64,000 bases of DNA from NCBI RefSeq assembly GCF_001194135.2, contig NC_069001.1:30436891-30500890 (forward strand), in the 5' to 3' direction. Positions 1-12,918 of the stretch are shown here, in pieces. The number at the start of each line of letters is the position of its first letter. Position 1 is the stretch's first letter. The notes beneath the pieces were generated by a model that did not search any database, had not been told where the DNA came from, and saw only the letters and a list, made by a program, of their open reading frames with translations. The position numbers were made by a program, and so were the translations under genes. The DNA comes from Octopus bimaculoides (Eukaryota).

Positions 1-2444
1 TATATATATATATATATATATATATACATCTATATATGTATATATATGTGCGTGTATGTATGTAGGAATGTATGTGTAGAAAAGGAGATACATAAACACA
101 TACTAATATATGTGCGTGTTTGCCTGCCTGTGTGTCAGTCTGTGGTTCTCTCGATTTAAACGCATCTGACAAAACACGATCTCTAATTTCCTTCCCGGTC
201 TAAACTGCAGAAGCCACTAGAATTCCTATTCCTACTAAACATACAAAAAAAAAATTACTATCTCGAATCTGATCCACCAGAATCGTCAGCAAAACGAGAA
301 CAGTATTAGCGTGTATTACGTCCGTCTTCACGTAGTGAGTTCATATTTCGCCGAGGTCGACGTTTCAATTTTTTTTCCCTACAAAAATTAGAACATAGGT
401 AGCAGTTAATTACTACCACCGATGTAATCAACTTCTAGCCTTACCCGAAATATTTAGCCTTGTAGTAAAGTTTGAACCCAATATTATCGTCTGCATTCTT
501 AAATGTTAAAACTCCAGCATCTAAGCTACTAAGATAATTATAACAATAAAAACGAGTCTATTTGTGTGTGTATTAATTTGGGGTTGATAGTCTTCCGTTT
601 TTAATCGATGTCGACTCTATCTAAATTTTGGAGATGGTTATATAAATAGCGATAACAAACATACACTCATGACAGCGTGATCCTAGTTTCAATTCCTAGA
701 CTGGGTGGTGCATTCTTGAGCAGAACACTTCATCTCATGTTGCTCTGCAATCACTTGAACACCTGATGTGTGGTACAGCTCAACTGTGATCGAATTAATC
801 TAAAATCAAATAATCATATATATAACAACTATGGTCATCTAATCTTTATAGCCCTTCGTTTCACGTTGTTCAAATCCAGACGGCTGTGATATGTGATAAT
901 TGAGTGCAGTTGCATCCTTCTGTCCCTTTAACTGTCACATCTAAGTTGGCTCACTGTGTGAATTACGTAAGGCCCAGTAGCACATCTATGTCTTCTAGTG
1001 ACAATAGTGGCAGGTGTTACAATATATGAAAGTACGGTAAATATTACGTAACCATAGATTTTCGCGAGCCATGCATTGATGTACTTTTGAAACATTTAGC
1101 ACATGATTTATTAAGCCACGTATAAACCGGTTCATGATGATTAGTCAGCAACTTTACTTCATCAGGCTGATCCACGATAAAAGCAATTCTAGTTTATTTT
1201 ATTTTATTTAATTGGTGAGGGGAGATTTATTTTAATGAAATCAAGACGGAAGTGTGTTTTACTTTAAGATGAATAAAGCTTAATTCTCAAACGGGTGCCT
1301 ATTCGATGCATATATTTTAATTTATGGAAACATGTAGAAATAACTTTAATGAAAAAAAAGGAATGTTTGTGTTTTTGGTTTTTACATTCTTATGTTTGTA
1401 CAAGTTGTATTGATCTCACGTTGAAGTTAGTTAAATGATGTTAATTTGATTAAGTATCTGGAGAGTTTACAGATAAAGATAAAACTTGATTTAGGTGAAT
1501 TAATTAGCAGTATTATCGACTTGAAGCTTCAATATAAATTACGATTCAATGTGTATCGATGTTGTGTTTCATTTTAACCTGCGTTCATACAGAGAAATAT
1601 TTCAGCGCAAATGAACAAACATAACAGTTTTAATTAATTAGCAAAAGAAAATAGTTCTCCACATTGACTATTATCTGAGTAGTATCAATATCGTTTCTCC
1701 TTAAAATGCAATAGTAAGAACGAAATTAACCATAAAATCTGCAGGTTACTGTCAGATGAGAGAAAAAGGAAACACAAATCTTGTATATTGTATTAAATTT
1801 TAATTTACATATATCAGAGAAAAAATTTGTTAATTCCTAACAAGACTAATTTATTACAAGACAGCGTGATGGGAGACAGTGAGCTGCAAACCGCAGATTA
1901 CTATTACCTCCCTAATATCTTCAATCGATTTAAAATGTCTCTGCCTGAATATTCGTTTAATAAAATTCATTTCACCAATGCCCTTTTGGGTCAATTCTAA
2001 TGCTCTGATTAAATTATTATTTACTGAGACATTAAACATATTTCACAGAGTTATGCATTCACCCAATTTATTTTTTATTCATTGCTGCTGCTTATTTCTT
2101 TTCATGTCGTTAGCGCGTTGGGAAAAATTACTTATTGTCCTTTCTTTCAGCTTATTATATATTCTGATTACGAAACGAATGTCGCCTAGGACGGTATCAC
2201 CTTCATCATTTCTGGACGAAAAAGTAAGTAACACTTGATGTACTTGGGATACTGCCAGCCTTGAACCAAAATTTGAAACCTTTCATAGGTGTCTGATTTT
2301 GTATATGTTCTTTAGAGTTATTGCGTCAAGAAAATTCTTTGCGGCTTTTTTTTTTAACCTTTTATGTTCCGCGTTCAATTCCCACCGCGATTAACCGTGC
2401 ATTTCAAATTCTGGAGATCAATGAAAGAATGTAGCAGTGTATTC

Positions 2445-2757
2445 TGTTCGTTGATTCAATCATTTCACTGCGGCCATGCTGGAGCAACACCTTAAAGGTT
2501 TTTAGTAGAAAAAATCCACCCTAAGACGTTTCTTGAAGCCTAATACTTATATTATCGTTCTCACTTGCCGAACCACTAATTTACAGGGACGTAAACACAT
2601 ATATGTTCGACCGGCTTCTTTCAGTTTCTGTCTACCAAGTTCACTCACAAGGCTTTTGTCGGCCCGAGAATATAGTAGACACTTGCCCAAGTTGCCACGC
2701 AGTGGAACTGAACCCAGAACCATGTGTTTGAGAGGTAAGCGTCTTACCACAGAGCCT
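2445..2757 (-). mobile_element. tRNA-derived SINE, family B
   Basis: Shares blocks with many other copies in the window (GACTGCGGCCATGCTGGAGC, TCTACCAAATCCACTCACAAGG, CTTGCCCAAGGTGCCACGCAGTGGGACTGAACCC). The reverse complement of the 3' block is a tRNA-like A/B-box head. Confidence 0.85.
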
Positions 2758-3414
2758 CACCTTCGCCTATATATATATTAATATTTCAATCGTAAACTCA
2801 TGACATGAGCCGTAACGAGGTATGAACGTCCGATCTCACTGTTGCACAATTGCTAGCCAATCGATGGAAGCGAATTCAGATCTCATTATCGATTTTACAA
2901 TGGAAACTATAATCTAAAAGACGGAAATAATACAAAGAGAAACAATCAACATGCAGATCGATTAAAGACAATCGATATGGTCAGTCTAGTAATTTTGTGT
3001 GAATTTCATCTGTCAATTAGTGAAAGATGCTTGTATGAGGTCGGAGGTGCTGGCTGTGCATGGTGTGTCGAAAATATATATTTCTTCTGGGCAATTGCTT
3101 TGTATTACATGGGTGGAATTGTCCGAAATTGGACATTGATTAATGGGAAGAACATATGGTGCATGTGTTGTTTAGCAGATGTGCGTTGTGTGTTTGTTCA
3201 TCGAAGCAAGTATGGTGGTGCATTGAGAATATCGGTTGGAGTGGTTTAGACTACAATCCGTTATGGGGGAAGTTGGTTCGAACGATATGCATGCGGTAAT
3301 CAGTGACAAAAATAAAAAAAATTAAATGTTTTTTTAGTTTTGTTTTTTGGATGTTTATGTTAATCATGCTTTCACTATTTGTTGTTATAGTTGCTGCCGT
3401 TCCTCGTACTGGTA

Positions 3415-3670
3415 CAGGGTGGCCATAAAGTCACGCACCATTCTGCAGTATGTGAAATTGCTAGCATTCTCTTTTTTTTTCTCTTTCGCGACTGTCAATA
3501 TTACTCACAAACCAATCCTCATTGGATGGAGGCAGATGATCTACAAGGCGGGGGCAAGGTTATGGTGTGGTGTGGAATTAGGCACAATCAAGTAATTGCA
3601 CCATTTTATTTTGAGGGCATTATGACAAGTGATTCGTATCTGGATATGCACAGCCACAATGTATTTTAAA
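3415..3670 (+). mobile_element. Internally deleted Tc1/mariner element with transposase catalytic-domain remnant
   Basis: TA followed by TIR-like CAGGGTGGCCATAAAGTC at 3415. Translation QYYSQTNPHWMEADDLQGGGKVMVWCGIRHNQVIAPFYFEGIMTSDSYLDM fits the NPHW...KVMVWCG...GPFFF...YL.ML segment of Tc1/mariner (DUF4817-type) transposases. Confidence 0.8.
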
Positions 3671-4885
3671 AAATGCCCTGAAATAGATTTAGCTTGCTAT
3701 TTCTAGGATTTCGAGAAACCACAGGGAGGTAATTATCGAACGCTCTGTCGTTTTACAGTGGTACGCTAGTAGTCAATAACCTTCCATTTGGCAAGCAATA
3801 GAGAAATCTATTGGCCATCGGTAGCATCTTGGTGATAGGCAGATAAAAAGACCAAGGATGGCGATATTTACTTTAATAGCCGGAATATAGCCAGGATTAG
3901 CTGCAATTCTATAGAGAAGCAATGAGGTACTTAGAATTGTGTTAAGGCAATAATTCATGGGACATTTATTCAATATAAATATACGGTGACCGTTAATCAC
4001 ACGTATATTTTTTTCATCTTTCCAACTGAGAGAAGATTTTGCAAATGCAGTTACCATTGTAAACATGGTTCAACTGACATCATTGTTGCCACAGAGCTCT
4101 GTGATTATAAACGTATTTATATAGTGATTAAGTGAAACCTTTTAACAGTGAAAATCCACATCTAATGTTTGTTCTAATCCAGCCTAGTCCTGTAAACATG
4201 GCGGCTAACAGCATTTTACTATTTGTATAATGCATATGTCAGCAATGTGCATTGGAATATAGTCCGCCATTTTCAGATGTATTTTCTGCTTTTGTTCGAA
4301 GAATAAAAGTGCAAGCAATACATTGATGTAAATACGATATACTTGTTTGTGAAGGGATGTATATATATATATATATATATATATNNNNNNNNNNNNNNNN
4401 NNNNNNNNNNNNNNNNNNNNNNNNNNNNNNNNNNNNNNNNNNNNNNNNNNNNNNNNNNNNNNNNNNNNNNNNNNNNNNNNNNNNNNNNNNNNNNNNNNNN
4501 NNNNNNNNNNNNNNNNNNNNNNNNNNNNNNNNNNNNNNNNNNNNNNNNNNNNNNNNNNNNNNNNNNNNNNNNNNNNNNNNNNNNNNNNNNNNNNNNNNNN
4601 NNNNNNNNNNNNNNNNNNNNNNNNNNNNNNNNNNNNNNNNNNNNNNNNNNNNNNNNNNNNNNNNNNNNNNNNNNNNNNNNNNNNNNNNNNNNNNNNNNNN
4701 NNNNNNNNNNNNNNNNNNNNNNNNNNNNNNNNNNNNNNNNNNNNNNNNNNNNNNNNNNNNNNNNNNNNNNNNNNNNNNNNNNNNNNNNNNNNNNNNNNNN
4801 NNNNNNTATATATATATAGATACACATACATAATTACGTACATATATGTATATACATCTGCATATATATGTAATTTTGTATGTAC

Positions 4886-4922
<37 letters not shown>

Positions 4923-5551
4923 TCTGCATGCGACTAAGTATGTGCTTGTAATGCGAATCTGTGCCTGTGAATGTACATGTTTGTGCTTAAATGTATATCC
5001 GCTGTGTGTGTAAATGTCGACGTGTGTGTGTGTGAGAGAGTATTTATGCCAGCTTGTCCGCATTGGATAAATGGGCTTCGTTAATGCATGCCTGTTTAAC
5101 ATTTTACTCGTAAAATCTATTAGCTGATAGCTACTGAATCGCATCAAACAAGCACAAACTTGTAATGGAATATATGTTTATATAGAGAAATGTCAAAAGT
5201 GTATGGTATCCGTAATGTTCGGTGAATGCGTAGAACTCTTCAGAAACTGTACAAGTGAAGAAGATATTAGTAATATCGTGTGCCGCGTAATTGAAATGGT
5301 TTGATTTACGGTTGACTACTGAAATAAGTGAGAATTGTGAAATTTTACTTTTATTCGTGAGAAATACACAGGATTTGAAATCAGTCGGAGTATCAAATAA
5401 AATCGAGGATCACGTGTCTGATTATGATACGATCACCCGGATATTTTTAATTGCAAATTGTAAAATTATGAAGATGACGGTGATGCTGATGGTGACGAGG
5501 TTGATAACAATAATAATAATTGTAAAAATCGACACTGCTTAACAAAACCAT

Positions 5552-5582
<31 letters not shown>

Positions 5583-5762
5583 NNNNNNNNNNNNNNNNNN
5601 NNNNNNNNNNNNNNNNNNNNNNNNNNNNNNNNNNNNNNNNNNNNNNNNNNNTATATATATAAACTATGTCTCTGTTTGCTCTATTTGCATGTGTATGTAC
5701 ATATATATATATATATATATATAAACTATGTCTCTGTTTGCTCTATTCGCATGTGTATGTAA

Positions 5763-5802
<40 letters not shown>

Positions 5803-5827
5803 GAACTGAGTTTGGAGGGATATATGG

Positions 5828-6391
5828 CGCAGAACGCATTCACTTTTGGTGAATCCCTCTCATACGCAACTGTGACATGGGGCTTTTCTTCTCCCTAAAT
5901 GTAAACATTATGCTTATTGACTTTGCCATTTGTATGAAATGTGGCCTCATCATTGAAAACAAGACATTGCTTGACCTCGACTTTTTCAAATTTCTCTTGC
6001 ATATTAAAAGCAGAATTGTTTGCGCTTTCTCTTGTCATCTGCCATTATGGCCTGAAGGAGCTCTAGATTTCAGGGTTTCATTAGCAAGCGTTTCCTCATG
6101 ACGCGTCAAACTGTCGTGGGAATAATCTAGATTTCCAGACTTGTTCTTATGTGCTTCTGGGTGCTTCACAACAGTTTTTGGCGAACCCGCTCGTCCGTCT
6201 CTTCCAATGTTAGTGGCTATCCAGATCCTTTTGCCCTTCTTCTTTGAATTTTTTGTGCCATGTCCAGATCTGCATTGCCGTCGGTGACTTTTTAGAGAAC
6301 TCTCTCACAAATGCACGCTGCAAAGTCTTTTTCGACTGTGTTCGCGCATACTCCAACACACAAACCCCTTTTATCTTCCAGTGAATGCTAT
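5828..6391 (-). pseudogene. Tc1/mariner (DUF4817 HTH-type) transposase pseudogene, N-terminal half
   Basis: Minus-strand frames give CVLEYARTQSKKTLQRAFVREFSKKSPTAMQIWTWHKKFKEEG, then after stops and frameshifts LVFNDEATFHTNGKVNKHNVYI*GEEKPH...ERDSPKVNAFCAI, which includes the first catalytic D (FSDEATFH-like). Confidence 0.9.
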
Positions 6392-6419
6392 TTCTATACC
6401 TAAAAATATAAGCATATCA

Positions 6420-6990
6420 AACATTAAACATAAAAGTTTGACCTGTTTTTACTTCTGCTGTTAAAATTTGAAGTCGGTTTTCTGCGGGATTACTCGTAGC
6501 GCACGTGAGCGATTGAGTAATTAATACGATTTTCTCGCTCGTCTATATAAATACGAGTGTGCTGGTCTTGTATAATCATTTTAATGTCGCCTGATCGAAT
6601 TTATTATTCTTTTATTAGCATTCTCGGATTTATAATTTTGAAAAATTGTGCTGATGAAGAATATGTTTGGGCAAATATATTTTTACACCTCATTAATCTA
6701 GAAACGCGCGTCCAAAATTAATCAAGATTCGTTATTTTTTCCTTTTTTACCTTTGTATTTTGCGAGTATTACTGTTTTTGTGGGGGAGGGGGAGTTGTAT
6801 TTTAGTAGAGAAATAGTAGTTTTTGGCTGCTATTTCTAATTTTCGGGGTGTAGTGAAGCAATACTTGCTGAACCCTAAATTTTAAATTGTGTTTATACGT
6901 TTACCGATAACGGCTTTTTACACACCGAACTGCTTGGTAAAATTACTAATTATGAATTAATTATTAATTTTTACCGTATATCTGTATGAG
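6420..6990 (+). mobile_element. Penelope-like pLTR remnant containing a degenerate hammerhead motif
   Basis: CTGATGA at 6651 and GAAAC-GCGC-GTC at 6701-6712. Region 6724-6990 is homologous to 40699-40950. Confidence 0.55.
6644..6719 (+). ncRNA. Degenerate minimal type I hammerhead ribozyme
   Basis: Stem I AATTGTG/CAAAATT with one mismatch, core CUGAUGA, GAAA, palindromic helix III AC-GCGC-GU, GUC cleavage triplet. The helix II junction is imperfect. Confidence 0.45.
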
Positions 6991-7021
<31 letters not shown>

Positions 7022-7629
7022 GTATAGTAAAGAAGGCCCACTTCTACGACATAGTCAGCAACTTCTTAGAACGTTGAACAATTGATGTTGCAACGTATTC
7101 GACCATGCTACAATTCTCGTATGCACACTCAGTACATATATACTGAAAACTGCCTGTGTTCTTTCAAAACAAATCTACTCTATGCCAAATCGATTTTATT
7201 GGGTTCTTGAAAGATATCGTTTCGTGAAAGCTGTTTCGACAACCGTTTCAAAGACTGCGTATGAAAGGAGAAAGTGAAAAAAATTGAAGTGAAAGGAGGT
7301 TTACGTATTAGAGAAATGTGATGCATGCAATTATGTGGCCCCAAAGAATTTTGTCCCTCAGCATTGTAATATGTATATATATAGACGTTTCGCATTTTGT
7401 TGTATATATGTAGACATCGAGAGAGAGAGAGGGGGTAGATAGAGTGGGGGCAGAGAAGGGGAGAAAAAGTTGATTTGTATGAATTCGGAAAAGTGTTTAC
7501 TGAGATTATAATACTGTTCGGTTTTCTACAGTGTTTGATTAAATTCCTATTAAATTCGACTCTAAACACTGGCTGTAATATATTTCTATTGCAAGCATTT
7601 CCAAATCGTATATGTCTCTATCGTTCCCC

Positions 7630-7830
7630 GCTCACCTCTTGCAGTAGTTAGACTGTTGCCATACTGGAGCAATGCTTTCAAGAATGTTTTATTAAACGAA
7701 CCGACTTCAGCAATCAGCTTTTCAAAATCTGTTCTTTATTCTATCGGTCTCTCTTGCCGAAGCGTCATTTTACGGAGATGTAAGCACGAAAGTGGTGGTG
7801 AGAGATGCAGTTTCAAGTGGTGGTGAGATA
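7630..7830 (-). mobile_element. SINE family B, degenerate 3' part
   Basis: GCCATACTGGAGC and TATTCTATCGGTCTCTCTTGCCGAA blocks are shared with other copies. Confidence 0.6.
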
Positions 7831-8484
7831 CACAAAATCCCACACACACAGCTATCTATCTATTTATCTATCTGTCCGTCTGTATATATANNNNNNNNNN
7901 NNNNNNNNNNNNNNNNNNNNNNNNNNNNNNNNNNNNNNNNNNNNNNNNNNNNNNNNNNNNNNNNNNNNNNNNNNNNNNNNNNNNNNNNNNNNNNNNNNNN
8001 NNNNNNNNNNNNNNNNNNNNNNNNNNNNNNNNNNNNNNNNNNNNNNNNNNNNNNNNNNNNNNNNNNNNNNNNNNNNNNNNNNNNNNNNNNNNNNNNNNNN
8101 NNNNNNNNNNNNNNNNNNNNNNNNNNNNNNNNNNNNNNNNNNNNNNNNNNNNNNNNNNNNNNNNNNNNNNNNNNNNNNNNNNNNNNNNNNNNNNNNNNNN
8201 NNNNNNNNNNNNNNNNNNNNNNNNNNNNNNNNNNNNNNNNNNNNNNNNNNNNNNNNNNNNNNNNNNNNNNNNNNNNNNNNNNNNNNNNNNNNNNNNNNNN
8301 NNNNNNNNNNNNNNNNNNNNNNNNNNNNNNNNNNNNNNNNNNNNNNNNNNNNNNNNNNNNNNNNNNNNNNNNNNNNNNNNNNNNNNNNNNNNNNNNNNNN
8401 NNNNNNNNNNTATATATATATGTATATAAACTGTTACTCAGAGTTTTGCGTTCCCGCTCGTCGGATAATGTTAGACAAGACGGA

Positions 8485-8592
8485 CTTCTTACAGTCCCGG
8501 GCTATCATATATACGCGAGAGGCTTTGGTCGGCCCTAGGCTATTGTAGAAGGCAGTTGCTCAAGGTGCCATGCAATGGACTGAACTCGGAAC
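8485..8592 (-). mobile_element. SINE family B, 5' part
   Basis: AGGCTTTGGTCGGCCCTAGGCTATTGTAGAAGGCAGTTGCTCAAGGTGCCATGCAATGGACTGAACTCGGAAC matches the family. Confidence 0.7.
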
Positions 8593-8594
8593 TC

Positions 8595-8740
8595 TGTGTC
8601 GTTTTGTCTGCTCGAGGCCCGACATTCTTTCTGCATCTTTCGCAGTCATCTCCAATATCGGAAGTCGACAGTCTTACTATTAATGGTGCGAAACTGAGTA
8701 TTACTATTTGGGTGGATAACTGATGAAGAGTTAGGGACCC
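8595..8740. repeat. Diverged local repeat, copy A (paired with 9675-9815)
   Basis: Colinear shared blocks CCCGACATTCT, CTCCAATAT.GGAAGT, AGTATTAC and GATAACTGATGAAGA.TTAGGGAC. Confidence 0.7.
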
Positions 8741-9674
8741 TCTATATATTATACGTATACGTTTCTGTCGTTCTTTATGTACAATGCATTTTTCATTGCC
8801 ACTCATTTATGTATAATAGAGAATGAAAAGAAGGGGTACAATATTTTTCTTTTTATTTTGTCTAGTTCTCACTCCCTTCCGCTGATCTCGCTATTTTTCT
8901 TTATTTTCATCTTATTCTTCGGTTTGGCCTGCAATGTTTCACCCTAGATCCATTTTCGTTGTCATTACTGGTGAGGAATATTGGTGGATGGAAACAAGTC
9001 ATGCAGTCAAAGAGTTACCCCCAATTAAATTTTGTCTGTATCGACGTTGCAGATACGTCCAAAAGTAATCTTAATGTCTGCTCTCCTGTGTACGCTCAAT
9101 CTGTATTTTATCAAATTTATCGCAAAAATACGATAACTACATTCCTTTGGCAACCGATTTTAGATTTCTCTGTCTGGAGATACTGGGATTTGAGATAGAA
9201 TTTTTGCATTCTGTTAAGTTCTTCTTCCAGTTCTTATAGGTATTATGCTTCAGATAAAGAAAATATTTCAAAAAGAAATACTTAAGATTTGGGTAGAAAA
9301 TAATCTAAATATCTATAGCATTTCAAGGCAATTCGAACAGAGAAAGTAATTGTTACTGGAGTAGAGGTACGTTAGTGTGTACTAATTCCCGTACTTTTTG
9401 ACAAATGTTCCTGAACTCAGAACAACGGCCAAACGACGTAACAACTGAGGATTGCGTTTTTACTGTTTCCACAAAATGAAAATGCATTGGTAGATGTGGG
9501 CCACTACGTATCTCTCTATTTGTCTATCTATTTATCTATGTATCTGTCCATCAATTTATCTATCTATCTGTCTATATCTCTCTCTATTTATATGTATGTA
9601 TATGCGTATGCATTTTGCTCGTTTTGACTTGCGCCATCGGCTTGAAATACACGTTTTTTCTATTTCGTATGTCT

Positions 9675-9815
9675 GCTCTGTGTTGTTTTGTTTCCTTGAG
9701 CCCCGACATTCTCTTCGTCTTTTAGAGGTACCTCCAATATGGGAAGTACTCAATCTTAATGTTTCGGAACTCAGTATTACCATTTTGGTTGATAACTGAT
9801 GAAGAATTAGGGACA
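9675..9815. repeat. Diverged local repeat, copy B (paired with 8595-8740)
   Basis: Same blocks as copy A, with a 6-nt indel relative to it. Confidence 0.7.
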
Positions 9816-10713
9816 CTCTCTGACTTATACTTTAGATAGATAGATATATGTAAGTATGTATAAGTAGGCATAGGTGTCAATGTGTGTGTTTGATATGCAT
9901 ATTATTTAATTAAATCATATATCGATGCATATATGTGTGTGTGTGAGCGCGCACGTTTGCGGCGTGCTTTCGCGTATGTGAGGATATATATGGTAGAATA
10001 CACAAGTTTCAGAAAGAGAGAAATCTACCTACAGAACGCAGCATAGTAGTAAAATAGATGAAACGAAATATAGTATTATAGATTCCTCTGAATAAACGGA
10101 TAAATCAACTTTTTAGCTTCGCTTTGACAGGATTAACAAAATGATCAAATATGTGTACACGTACTAGAATTTTTTTTCTTTTTAAATCTAGCTTATATCC
10201 ATCTTAGATAAATAGAATATCTTTCTCACCTTGCATTAACATTCGAGTTGCCAATATAGTATCTATTGAAATGCCAAGAATGATTTTAAAAAATATAGAT
10301 TCGAAAAATTCTATAGGAGCAAACGAATTACAACGACACCATTTTAAATGCTCGTTGTCATATTGAAATTTGCAGTTACGTTGCGATTTTAAGTGGATTC
10401 TTTCTGTTAATAATAGGTTATAAGAAAAATATGACAGGAAGAACCATAATGAAAATGGTATGATGTTCCAATATTGAAATGTGCTAAACCCAGTAAATTN
10501 NNNNNNNNNNNNNNNNNNNNNNNNNNNNNNNNNNNNNNNNNNNNNNNNNNNNNNNNNNNNNNNNNTATATATATATGTATATATTCACATACCCATATAT
10601 ACACACACATACACATAAATACGTGTGTGCAGAAATATAGATTCGTGTGCATATATGCAAATACGTATACCTACATATTTACTTCTGAACGTGTGAGTAT
10701 GTATGTGTATATA

Positions 10714-10761
<48 letters not shown>

Positions 10762-11299
10762 AGTTTGTGTGTCTGTGTGTGTGCATACAGAGAGAGGGGA
10801 GAGAGAGTGAGTGACAGATGGACAGATAGATAGATAGATAGATAAAAATGTATATATATTCTTTAACTCTTTTATTTGTTTCAGACTTTTCATTGCGGTT
10901 ATGCTGGAGCAGTGTATTGTAAGATAGATATATTGTAAGTGATGTATTTAAACCAATCAACAGATAAAATATATATTTCCTCATTTCTGCATATTACGCT
11001 AATCTTCTCTGGGTGCTTCTCAACCATTTTCTCGTTCTAGCAAACATGTGTTGTTTCACTTTGAGGACAATCAAGGAACAAACCCATTAACATTATACTA
11101 TCCTACACTTTACCATCCATCAATACTAGAATACGTTTACTTTTTTGACTTTTTCTTTCTATCTATCTATCTAGCTAGCAAGCTAACTGTCTATGTACGA
11201 TATGCAAATTTTGCTATCAATGTTAATCTTGTTTCTATCATTCCTACCTTAATTTCCCTCTCTATCTATTTAGTTACTCATTGTTTGGTTATCTTTAAT

Positions 11300-11395
11300 C
11301 CTTTATTTTATACCAGTTTCGGTCGTTTGACTGCAGCCAAGCTGGGGCACCACCTTCAAAGATTTTAGTCAAATAAATAGACACCAGGACATTTG

Positions 11396-11431
<36 letters not shown>

Positions 11432-11522
11432 GCCTAGTACTTCTATCCACCTATTTTGTCTGACGTGAACACTCCGACACCACTTGTCAAGCGATGGTGA
11501 TGGGCAAACACAGACACATAGC
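11300..11522 (-). mobile_element. SINE family B, 3' half interrupted by (TA)n
   Basis: TTTGACTGCAGCCAAGCTGGGGCACCACCTT and CTTGTCAAGCGATGGTG blocks. Confidence 0.7.
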
Positions 11523-12028
11523 TGCATGTTAAAGATCGCGTCTCTTGTGATTAAATGTACNNNNNNNNNNNNNNNNNNNNNNNNNNNNNNNNNNNNNNNN
11601 NNNNNNNNNNNNNNNNNNNNNNNNNNNNNNNNNNNNNNNNNNNNNNNNNNNNNNNNNNNNNNNNNNNNNNNNNNNNNNNNNNNNNNNNNNNNNNNNNNNN
11701 NNNNNNNNNNNNNNNNNNNNNNNNNNNNNNNNNNNNNNNNNNNNNNNNNNNNNNNNNNNNNNNNNNNNNNNNNNNNNNNNNNNNNNNNNNNNNNNNNNNN
11801 NNNNNNNNNNNNNNNNNNNNNNNNNNNNNNNNNNNNNNNNNNNNNNNNNNNNNNNNNNNNNNNNNNNNNNNNNNNNNNNNNNNNNNNNNNNNNNNNNNNN
11901 NNNNNNNNNNNNNNNNNNNNNNNNNNNNNNNNNNNNNNNNNNNNNNNNNNNNNNNNNNNNNNNNNNNNAATATTTTGGCAAATTAAATTTAAATGTTCAA
12001 GTGAATCTAAGTACTGATAAATTAGTAT

Positions 12029-12071
<43 letters not shown>

Positions 12072-12819
12072 CATATATACCCCCACTATAATTTGACCTT
12101 AACCAGTGTAGATACAAGCCGCTTTACGAGCGGACCATGATTAAATTCCTACATTTGAATTATCTAAGTATAGAATATAGCCCAATCTTTCTTAACCCTA
12201 ACTTTATACATATATATACGTTGTATATTATATATCCCAAATCATTTAATAGTTTTTCTAGCTTTATTTGATTCACTAATATCCATCTATTTAATTTTCT
12301 TTTAGTTATTCTTTTTCCCCATCAAATTGAATTTCTCTCTATTATTCTTTTTTATTATTATTTTTCTTATCTACCCCTTTTCTTCTCTTTAATGAAATCT
12401 GTTTACTTAACGTCTTAGCAATATGTTACCCAAATTACATAATGTCCCTCACAACCAATGACGGTCTATATTTTTTCTAAATGATAACATAATCTCCCTC
12501 AAACCCCATAACCTTCTATTTTTCAAATCCCGAATAGTCTTTTAATATGTTTTCATTAGCTAACACCTCCGCCACCCCGTATTACTTCCTCGAAGCCCTC
12601 TCATCCTCTTCCAACGACTTAATATTTACATCACCTGGATACTTGACATATGTATATGTGGTCCCCCATCTATCTTACGTAGTACATTTTTTACCACCAG
12701 TTTCAATTCCTCTGGAAAAAATATATAAGCATTAGCTTTATGCAAGAGGCAGACCATGACGATATCTGGTCACATAGCGTTATTTTTACATCTACAACTT
12801 TTAGCATGGTTCGAATCCT

Positions 12820-12918
12820 GCGGATCAGCAGACTTTTCCACAAGATGCCATGCAGTGGAACTAAACCCGAAGCTATGATGTTGGGAAGCAAACTTTTTAC
12901 CCTACGCCACGCCTGCAC
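12820..12918 (-). mobile_element. SINE family B tRNA-like head
   Basis: CAAGATGCCATGCAGTGGAACTAAACCCGAAGCTATGATGTTGGGAAGCAAAC matches the family head. Confidence 0.65.

Noticed and set aside
1115-1170. Minus-strand CTGATGAAG...GAACCGGTT hammerhead-like motif
   Set aside because: GAAA is incomplete and no convincing stem I or II is present. Possibly an old relic but unsupported.
8950-9240. Minus-strand ELEEELNRMQKFYLKSQY, loosely like the PLE RT thumb EL..I...L..NGYP motif
   Set aside because: A single short resemblance followed by frameshifts, not enough to call.
12240-12640. Purine-skewed minus-strand frame (PGDVNIKSLEEDERASRK...)
   Set aside because: Many stops and no recognisable domain. 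Possibly a decayed retroelement ORF1.
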